A stretch of DNA of 64,000 bases. Origin: an uncultured Clostridia bacterium. GTDB lineage: Bacteria; Bacillota; Clostridia; Christensenellales; UBA1242. The notes beneath the pieces were generated by a model. It was not told the DNA's origin. It saw only the letters and a program-made list of their open reading frames with translations, and searched no databases. Location of the stretch: the NCBI GenBank assembly GCA_944349905.1, contig CALVNR010000003.1:69974-133973 (forward strand), written 5' to 3'. Each line of letters begins with the position of its first letter. Position 1 is the first letter of the stretch. Positions 58,022 through 64,000 of this stretch are shown here, piece by piece. A program made the translations under genes and the position numbers.

Positions 58022-58061
58022 GCATAAATAAGAACCTGCGTTGCAGAACCTTGCGTAAACT

Positions 58062-58093
58062 AAAAAAAATCTAGCGAAACCTAAAATCGCTAG
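58062..58093 (-). terminator. Intrinsic terminator (minus strand) downstream of the tRNA fragment
   Basis: Stem ctagcga / tcgctag (58071-58077 / 58087-58093), followed on the minus strand by an 8-nt U-run (58069-58062). Confidence 0.7.
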
Positions 58094-58117
58094 AAGTCCC
58101 TTTAGTAATGGAATTTA

Positions 58118-58162
58118 TGGTGCTCCACGAGGGATTCTAACCCCCAACCCTTGGTTCCGAAG
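58118..58162 (-). pseudogene. 3' half of a tRNA-Arg(UCG)-like gene (anticodon loop to CCA); the 5' half is absent
   Basis: Minus strand reads CUUCGGA ACCAA GGGUU GGGGG UUAGAAU CCCUC GUGGAGC A CCA. These are the anticodon loop (U33, anticodon UCG, G37), variable loop, T-arm, acceptor 3' strand, discriminator and CCA. Sequence 5' of position 32 cannot pair with the anticodon-stem or acceptor strands. The T-loop has A at the normally invariant C56. Confidence 0.6.
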
Positions 58163-58320
58163 GGGCGACCTGAAAATGCCAAGAGTTCGACTTTTCGTAT
58201 CATATTTTACCATAAAATATCATATCAAAAATCTCTCAATCCCTTTATTTTTCAGCATTTTCGCCACTTCTTCTTATCAAACAATACTATACAATACTTC
58301 CACCTAAAAATACAACACAA

Positions 58321-58369
58321 ACACCCCGTTTGCAAAAGTCTTGCATTTTTCTTGCAAAAATTTGTAACA
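58321..58369 (+). repeat. 49-bp direct repeat, copy A (degenerate promoter/operator-like)
   Basis: acaccccgtttgcaaaagtcttgcatttttcttgcaaaaatttgtaaca matches copy B at 44 of 49 positions. It contains three TTGCA(A/T) elements. Confidence 0.85.
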
Positions 58370-58456
58370 TTTTAAGCTATGTTAATTTGTTTTTTAAATG
58401 AGGTTACGCATAATAATAAATATTTTTATTAAAATTTATTCTTTAAAATATCTTGT

Positions 58457-59230
58457 TTATGTTTTTTTTGTTATTGTCAATATATGCGTTGATAATCCAA
58501 GCATTTCTTTTTTTTCACATACTCTTAATTGCCAATCTTTTATAATTTCAAATTCCTCCTCATCAAGTTGGTTTGAATGTTCCTTTAAAATTTCAAATAA
58601 CCCATCAGTAGAAATATCTTTAATATGTTTTAATCCTGCGTCTTTAACATATTTTTTAAATTCATCAATAAAATATGATTTATAAATATCTTCAGAAAAA
58701 GATTTAAAATAACCTATATCGTTAAATAAATTTTTACATTTTTTTAGATTTTTATTTATAAGTCCATATCTAATTATAATTGCTGTAGGTGAAAGAAAGG
58801 TAAATAAAACAAATCCTCCTTTTTTACAAATTCTAACACTTTCACTTATGGCTTTCTTAATATCTTTTTCTTCAAATAAATGAGAGAGAACTCCATTTAC
58901 AAACACAATATCGAAACTTTCATTTTTAATTGATTTTAAGTTTATTATATCAGCTATAACTGTTTTTATATTTTGTTTCTTTGGAAAAGACGAAAAATAT
59001 TTGCCAAATATGTCCACTGCGGTGATTTCAATGTTTCTGTTTGATAATTCTGGAGTAAAAGCTTTAATACCTGAACCAATTTCGATAACTTTATCTCCTT
59101 CTTTTATATATTTGTTCAAATATAAACATGTTATATATCTTTCAAGTTTTGCATAATTTGAAGGATTTTCAAATTTTTCATCGTTTCTATTTTTATAAAA
59201 ATTATAAAGATTATCAACTCTTTTGTTCAT
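58457..59230 (-). CDS. Class I SAM-dependent methyltransferase
   Basis: 257 aa. Motif I is KVIEIGSGIKAF and the post-I acidic residue is in ITAVDI. FDIVFVNGVLSHL is also present. Substrate unknown. Confidence 0.8.
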   Translation of the reverse strand: MNKRVDNLYNFYKNRNDEKFENPSNYAKLERYITCLYLNKYIKEGDKVIEIGSGIKAFTPELSNRNIEITAVDIFGKYFSSFPKKQNIKTVIADIINLKSIKNESFDIVFVNGVLSHLFEEKDIKKAISESVRICKKGGFVLFTFLSPTAIIIRYGLINKNLKKCKNLFNDIGYFKSFSEDIYKSYFIDEFKKYVKDAGLKHIKDISTDGLFEILKEHSNQLDEEEFEIIKDWQLRVCEKKEMLGLSTHILTITKKT

Positions 59231-59362
59231 AACTTTTCTCCTATCAATCCGATTATATCACACTATATTAAATAATTTACAAAATTTTCATTATTTTTTA
59301 ATATTGTGTCAATTTTTTTATTATAAAAATAGATATACAAAAATTACAAAATAAAATACAAA

Positions 59363-59411
59363 ACACCCCATTTGCAAAAATCTTGCATTTTTCTTGTAAA
59401 AATTTATAATA
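59363..59411 (+). repeat. 49-bp direct repeat, copy B; doubles as the likely promoter of the terS operon
   Basis: acaccccatttgcaaaaatcttgcatttttcttgtaaaaatttataata. It contains TTGCAT (59383-59388), 16 nt, TATAAT (59405-59410). Confidence 0.8.
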
Positions 59412-59569
59412 ACAACTAGAATTGTTAAAGATTTTATATTTACAAATTTTTATTGTGGAAATTGGTTGTCAAAAAAATTTTCTATAATAAATGTTGAAAT
59501 ATATGACACTAAATCTTGAATATTGAAAATATATATGTTAAAGTAATTTTAGATTAATAAACTTACGTT

Positions 59570-59609
59570 TAGGTTGTTCACTTTTTGTGGTGGGCAACCT
59601 ATTTGTTTG
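59570..59609 (+). promoter_or_regulatory. Stem-loop plus T-rich tract just upstream of the terS RBS (possible attenuator)
   Basis: taggttg (59570-59576) pairs with caaccta (59595-59601) across an 18-nt loop, followed by tttgtttg. Confidence 0.3.
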
Positions 59610-59620
59610 AAAGGAAAAAT

Positions 59621-60046
59621 ATGGATAAATTTGAAAAGGAAATGTTAGAGAATAATAGAAAGGCTGCGATTGCAACACAAGAAAACAACGATAAGATTTT
59701 AACCATTCCAAGTTATTTAACAAAGGAAGAAAAGGTTGCATATAGCGAGATTGTGCAAACCTTAAAAGAAAGCATCCATTACAGGCTATCTTCAACTGAT
59801 GCTGAACTAATTTGGCAATATTGTCAGATCAAAATTATGCGTGATAGAGCTTGGCGAGAATACAACAAAAACCCAGATAGATATATTCGTATAGTTACAG
59901 GAATTTGTAGTGATGGAAAAACGCCAAAAGTTATGGTTAAAGAAAATGAACACTATAAAACATTAATAGATTGCAATAAACAACTCGAAAAGATTTTAAA
60001 AGATTTGAGATTGACACCAGAAGCAAGAAAGAAAAGATATTTTTAG
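59621..60046 (+). CDS. terS: Phage terminase small subunit, P27 family
   Basis: 141 aa from the ATG at 59621 (SD AAAGGA). The pattern IPSYLTKEEKVAYSEIVQTL...DAELIWQYCQ...LKDLRLTPEARKK matches the P27-family layout. Confidence 0.75.
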   Translation: MDKFEKEMLENNRKAAIATQENNDKILTIPSYLTKEEKVAYSEIVQTLKESIHYRLSSTDAELIWQYCQIKIMRDRAWREYNKNPDRYIRIVTGICSDGKTPKVMVKENEHYKTLIDCNKQLEKILKDLRLTPEARKKRYF

Positions 60047-60098
60047 TTGTCACTATGCAAAACAAAAGATTTGTGCTATAATTAAATAGAGGTTAAAA

Positions 60099-60488
60099 AT
60101 GTATACAGGTTATTTTGGAAAAATGAAAAGTTATCCTAAGGATAAAGAATATAGATATGTTTCTATTGCAAGGTTTAATAAATTTTGGTCAGGAGAAGAA
60201 TATAAAAAGTTGACACCACCTGCAAGTATTATAAAAATTGAAGATAAAGAACTTTATACAAAGTTGTATTATGAGCAAGTATTAAACAACTTAAATCCGC
60301 AAGAAGTGTATAATGAACTTGGAGATAATGCTGTTTTGTTATGTTATGAAAAATATGCAGATATTGAACAAGGAAAAACATTTTGTCATAGGCATATGGT
60401 GGCTAAATGGCTAGAAGAAAAACTAGGAGTTGAGGTAAAAGAATTAGAAAATGAGAATAAAGACAATAGTCAACAATTACATTTCTAA
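60099..60488 (+). CDS. DUF488-like small protein (phage-associated type)
   Basis: 129 aa. MYTGYFGK...YVSIAR...VLLCYEK......FCHRHMVAKWLEEKLGVEVKEL resembles the DUF488 LLC.E...CHR signature. SD GAGG. Confidence 0.5.
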   Translation: MYTGYFGKMKSYPKDKEYRYVSIARFNKFWSGEEYKKLTPPASIIKIEDKELYTKLYYEQVLNNLNPQEVYNELGDNAVLLCYEKYADIEQGKTFCHRHMVAKWLEEKLGVEVKELENENKDNSQQLHF

Positions 60489-61668
60489 CTTTATTAATGA
60501 AAATAAATTTAGAAATATTTATATCTATGGGTCTAAGTACTTACAGATAGAAAAATTAATAAGTAAATCAACATCGTCATCAATAATTGGTGACGATGTT
60601 GATTTTTGTAACACATTACTTGCAGAATATTATTTAAATAGGGATAAAAAAATTATTCTTCCAGACCATGTGTGTAAATCTTTACGAATAGAAAATCAAG
60701 ATGTTTATTCAAGTGTAGAGAAAGTTGCATTAGCAATTATTGGAAATAAAATCCTTCATAAAGAAAGCAATTATCACTCCACAAGGTTAAATGATAATAT
60801 AATTAAAAATTTAGATTTATTGGTTAAACAAATAGTTCAAAAAGTTGAAGGAGAAGACATAAAATTAACAGATTTTAAGCAAATGAGTTTAAAAGATTTT
60901 ACAAAATTGCCAGAAAAAGAAGATTTGTTGATAATTGACAATAGAGATTCTAACAATTTAAAGAAAAGTTTGCATGAACAATTACTTGATATTGGTACAA
61001 GTTTCATAATTTTATCTAAAAAGGATATCAATAATTTGGGGGAATATAAAGTATTGCATAGTAAAACTATTAAGATATTCTCAAATTGCATAGAAAACAA
61101 TATGTTAATATCCAAACAAAACAACAAAACAGATAAACAATTGTCTTTTGATACTATTGAAAATGATAATATTGAACATGTTGCCTTAAAGCAATTAAAT
61201 CATACTCAGTTCAATTCTTTAAGACAAAAATATTTAAGCAAACAAATTCACTTTACCGGCACTCCTAAAGTTTGTTATGGATTATTTAGCGGAAACAAAA
61301 TATTTGGAGTCTTTGGTTTAACAAATGATTATAATCATAAACCACCAAAGGATATTGAGCATCCGTCAGTTTATTTGATGACAGATTTTTGTGTTAAAAG
61401 TTCAATAAATAAGTTAAGCAAACTTGTTTTATATTGTATTTTAAGTAAAGATGTGAAAATGTTGGCTGAAAGATTAGTTAGCAAAGAAGTTAAAAGTATA
61501 TTTACTAATGTATTTACGAAACATAAAAGTTCTATAAAATATAGAGGTTTGTTTGATTTACATACTAGAAAAGAATTAGAAGATAAATCATTTAACTTAA
61601 CATATATTTCAAAATTTGGTAATTGGACATTAAAGGAGGCTGTAAGCTTATGGAAACAGAAATTATAA
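60451..61668 (+). CDS. Hypothetical 405-aa protein (C-terminal half faintly acyltransferase/Mom-like)
   Basis: The ORF overlaps both neighbours, by 38 nt upstream and 19 nt downstream. The C-terminal YGLFSGNKIFGVFGLTN...VYLMTDFCV...KLSKLVLYCIL pattern is only suggestive. No family recognised. Confidence 0.6.
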   Translation: MRIKTIVNNYISNFINENKFRNIYIYGSKYLQIEKLISKSTSSSIIGDDVDFCNTLLAEYYLNRDKKIILPDHVCKSLRIENQDVYSSVEKVALAIIGNKILHKESNYHSTRLNDNIIKNLDLLVKQIVQKVEGEDIKLTDFKQMSLKDFTKLPEKEDLLIIDNRDSNNLKKSLHEQLLDIGTSFIILSKKDINNLGEYKVLHSKTIKIFSNCIENNMLISKQNNKTDKQLSFDTIENDNIEHVALKQLNHTQFNSLRQKYLSKQIHFTGTPKVCYGLFSGNKIFGVFGLTNDYNHKPPKDIEHPSVYLMTDFCVKSSINKLSKLVLYCILSKDVKMLAERLVSKEVKSIFTNVFTKHKSSIKYRGLFDLHTRKELEDKSFNLTYISKFGNWTLKEAVSLWKQKL

Positions 61669-62522
61669 AAATAGACCCAAGAAAAATAAAACTTTTAGAA
61701 GTCAATGCAAGATATATGAAACCTGAAGAATATGAAAAGTTGGTTTCAAATATAAAGAAAGATGGTAAACTAACTTCAGTCCCATTTTGCTATTACAATG
61801 AAGATAATAAAATTGAGGTGCTTTCTGGCAACCACAGAGTAATGGCTTCTATTGAGGCCGGACTAAATGAAATACAAGTAATGCTTTGTAAAGATAAACT
61901 TTCAAAAGATAAAGCATTAGCAATTCAATTAAGCCACAATTCTATAGTAGGACAAGATGATGAGGAATTGTTAAGAAAATTATATGCAGAACTCGAAAGT
62001 TTGGAATTTAAAGAATATTCAGGACTGACAGATGATTTCATAAATTTTTGCAAGCAAACTGAAAAAGATTTTAAAATACCTAATTTACAGTATCAAGCAA
62101 TTAATTTACTATTCTTACCTAAGGAAATAAATGATATCAAAAATTGTTTAGAAGATTTAGGCGAACTGTTAAATAGCTTTACAATTCTAGCAAACATAAA
62201 GGATTATGATAACTATTTGGAAACTTCATCTTTAATTTCTAAATGTTTAAATATCAAAAATCCATCCACCACTTTTTTATCAATATTAGAACTCTCAAAA
62301 CAAAATATCAACAATTTAAAGAAAATAGCTTTTGATAATGAAAATATAGATTATACTCCTATTTCTACGATATTAGGAAGAAGTGATATAAATAAAGAAT
62401 ACGCTATTACAATAGATAATGCATTAAATAAAATGGTAGATAAAAGAATTATTAAGAAAAATGAAAAAGGGAAAGGTTTATATCTTTTAGCACAAGAATA
62501 TTTAAAAAACATTAAATCGTAG
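61650..62522 (+). CDS. ParB/Srx-fold (ParB-like nuclease) domain protein
   Basis: I prefer the start at METEIIKID (ATG 61650), preceded by AAGGAGG. The N-terminal region IDPRKIKLLEVNARYM...VLSGNHRVMASIEAGL matches the ParB N-terminal domain, and the C-terminal ~190 aa are unknown. Confidence 0.75.
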   Translation: METEIIKIDPRKIKLLEVNARYMKPEEYEKLVSNIKKDGKLTSVPFCYYNEDNKIEVLSGNHRVMASIEAGLNEIQVMLCKDKLSKDKALAIQLSHNSIVGQDDEELLRKLYAELESLEFKEYSGLTDDFINFCKQTEKDFKIPNLQYQAINLLFLPKEINDIKNCLEDLGELLNSFTILANIKDYDNYLETSSLISKCLNIKNPSTTFLSILELSKQNINNLKKIAFDNENIDYTPISTILGRSDINKEYAITIDNALNKMVDKRIIKKNEKGKGLYLLAQEYLKNIKS

Positions 62523-62610
62523 AAAAGACAAAATGCTTTTTACAAAAATAATTGCATAAATTTACTTTTTTTAGTTAACAATTTAACTAAAATCAACATA
62601 TAATAAAATG

Positions 62611-62665
62611 TTATTGCAGAAATTTTGCAATAAGGGTTGATTTATTTAAAAAATTATGATAATAT
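62611..62665 (+). promoter_or_regulatory. Operator-like palindrome plus promoter of the ATPase gene
   Basis: Inverted repeat ttattgca (62611-62618) / tgcaataa (62626-62633), then TTGATT (62637-62642), 17 nt, TAATAT (62660-62665). SD GAGGTG. Confidence 0.5.
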
Positions 62666-62683
62666 ATCAATGAGGTGTGAACT

Positions 62684-64000
62684 ATGTTAGTTAATTTCTC
62701 CGTTAAAAATTATAAATCTTATAAAGATGAAGCAAATTTTACTATGAGAAAGGCTCCTAGAATAAGAGATTTATCTTATAGCCTACTTAAAGAAAAAATA
62801 AAAAGTAAGAACTTTGAAGTTTTATCATCTTCTGTATTATATGGCCCAAACGCATCCGGCAAAAGCAATATTCTTGACGCGATGAACACATTAAAACATA
62901 TTATATTGCGAGGTTCCATTAAAAATGCTCCACCAATAGCAGGAACTCCCAATGCTCAATCAAATCTAGAGTTAATACCTTTTATTTTTGGTGCAGAAAA
63001 TCCAATAAATTTTAAAATTGAATTTATTTATAATAATTTTCACTATTTATATGAATTATCTATTAATGTAGGAGAATTTCTGTCAAGCAGTCAATTTAGA
63101 GAAATTGAATACGAAAAACTTGATATTAATTTTGTCAATATATTTGAAAGAGAGAGAAATAATCTAAAAAGACTAAGTATATTAAAAGATTATAAAGATG
63201 ATTTTATAGATGATATTGATACGGATAAAATAAAATCAATGTTTAACGAAACTTTGGTTGAAGACTCTATTTTTCTTACTAACGGTTTTAAAAATATTAG
63301 CAAAAAGTTTAGCCAAGATATAATTAAATGGTTTGAAAGTGATTTAATAATTATTCCTAAGTTAGAAGGAACATTTAGCTTACCTATATTTGAAGATAAA
63401 AAAGTTTACATTGATACTTTTGTTAATAATATTGCAAAACAGTCAGGAATTAGCGGTTCTGATATTGCTTATATTAAAGATGAAAGCTCGAAAACTGTTA
63501 CCGTTTCATTAATTCAAAAAGATAAAGACTCAAGCAAAGGCACATTCATACCTGTAAATGTTGTAGAATCCTATGGAACAGCAAGAATAATTCAGTTAAT
63601 GCCAATTATTTTAAGCGTTTTACAAAACGGCTCAGTATTAGCGGTTGACGAACTGGATGGGGCTTTACATCCAATGCTAATGATGAATATAATTAGTATT
63701 TTTCATAATGATGAAATAAATATTAACAATGCTCAATTAATTTTTAACACACACAACCCTATATATTTAAACAATTCTATATTTAGAAGGGATGAAATTA
63801 AATTTGTTGAAAAAGATTTAAATACTCATAGTAGTGTCCTTTATGCATTGTCTGACTTTGGTACAAAAGGTGAAAATTCCGTAAGAAATACAACAGATTA
63901 TATAAAAAATTATTTTATGAATAAGTATGGGGCTATTTTAGACATTGATTATACTGATATCTTCAAAGATGCTATGAGAGGTGTAATAAATGAAAAAAGC
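62684..64000 (+). CDS. ABC/SMC-like ATPase of the AAA_21 (COG1106-like) type; 3' end beyond the window
   Basis: Not in the track because it is edge-truncated. Begins MLVNFSVKNYKSYKDEANF. Walker A is GPNASGKSN, Walker B/D-loop is LAVDELDGALHP and the H-loop is IFNTHNPIYL. Also has RRDEIKFVEKD....SVLYALSDF and a YFMNKYGAI tail. Confidence 0.8.
   Translation, partial: MLVNFSVKNYKSYKDEANFTMRKAPRIRDLSYSLLKEKIKSKNFEVLSSSVLYGPNASGKSNILDAMNTLKHIILRGSIKNAPPIAGTPNAQSNLELIPFIFGAENPINFKIEFIYNNFHYLYELSINVGEFLSSSQFREIEYEKLDINFVNIFERERNNLKRLSILKDYKDDFIDDIDTDKIKSMFNETLVEDSIFLTNGFKNISKKFSQDIIKWFESDLIIIPKLEGTFSLPIFEDKKVYIDTFVNNIAKQSGISGSDIAYIKDESSKTVTVSLIQKDKDSSKGTFIPVNVVESYGTARIIQLMPIILSVLQNGSVLAVDELDGALHPMLMMNIISIFHNDEININNAQLIFNTHNPIYLNNSIFRRDEIKFVEKDLNTHSSVLYALSDFGTKGENSVRNTTDYIKNYFMNKYGAILDIDYTDIFKDAMRGVINEKS

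Larger units (their letters stand above)
58118..64000. mobile_element. Putative integrated satellite / prophage-remnant island (left junction at the truncated tRNA; right end beyond the window)
   Basis: tRNA-fragment junction, a small terminase with no large terminase, a ParB-like nuclease-domain gene, an AAA_21-like ATPase, and long non-coding repeat-bearing spacers. No integrase is present in the window. Confidence 0.45.

Noticed and set aside
58205-58220. Extended -10-like TGgTAAAAT upstream of the tRNA fragment, suggesting a complete ~85-nt tRNA-like RNA gene
   Set aside because: The putative transcript cannot form acceptor, D or anticodon stems. Such -10-like strings are frequent by chance in this AT-rich DNA.
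58118-58330. tmRNA (ssrA) as the identity of the CCA-ending RNA with a T-arm
   Set aside because: The acceptor 3' strand GUGGAGC-A-CCA would require a 5' GCUCCAC, not the GGG start with G3:U70 of tmRNA. I also saw no tag-reading-frame or 5' tRNA-like half upstream, whereas the 45-nt segment numbers cleanly as tRNA positions 32-76.
59538-59795. Minus-strand 85-aa ORF overlapping the terS start, and 57767-57982 and 58151-58685 ORFs in the non-coding junction region
   Set aside because: They have no SD and odd composition (F/L/C/Q-rich). They overlap a better-supported gene or repeat/terminator elements.

Overview
Strongly AT-rich bacterial chromosome segment. Features point to a low-GC Gram-positive (Bacillota-like) organism: TTGACA/TATAAT promoters, AGGAGG ribosome-binding sites, a T-box leader, a PASTA-bearing class B PBP and lipobox signal peptides. 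The standard genetic code applies, since TGA acts as a stop and conserved proteins come out full length. No search or folding tool was run, so all product calls rest on motifs read in the translations.

Layout:
- 1-3.8 kb: a cluster of unknown genes. It includes a >745-aa membrane-anchored coiled-coil ORF that runs off the left edge and is missing from the supplied ORF track.
- 3.9-7.4 kb: a 23S-5S rRNA operon on the minus strand with its own promoter and no 16S anywhere in the window.
- 8.7-25 kb: housekeeping genes. These are T-box-controlled glyQS, two tandem YugP-like Zn-peptidases, a dcw-type block (CvpA-domain giant, rsmH, FtsL-like, PBP), uvrB-uvrA, a divergent pair of small winged-helix/TM paralogs, and radC.
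- 25.3-43.8 kb: one 18.4-kb gene encoding a 6145-aa predicted lipoprotein built from Ig-like modules and many GLUG-type repeat blocks.
- 44-57.5 kb: housekeeping and surface genes. These are ttcA-like, gpmI, mscS, a transglutaminase-like surface protein, a lipoprotein, tRNA-Ser(UGA), a HIT-like protein, an M18 aminopeptidase, ppa and a U32 peptidase.
- 58.1 kb to the right edge: a likely integrated element. Its left junction is a terminator-backed 3' half of a tRNA-Arg(UCG)-like gene. It carries a SAM methyltransferase flanked by 49-bp direct repeats, a P27-type small terminase with no large terminase, an overlapping DUF488-like/unknown/ParB-like operon, and an ABC-type (AAA_21-like) ATPase of the kind found in two-gene anti-phage modules.

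The element and the giant GLUG lipoprotein are the best candidates for undescribed biology. Other points of interest are four genes with leaderless-mRNA geometry and an unusually compact glycine T-box.
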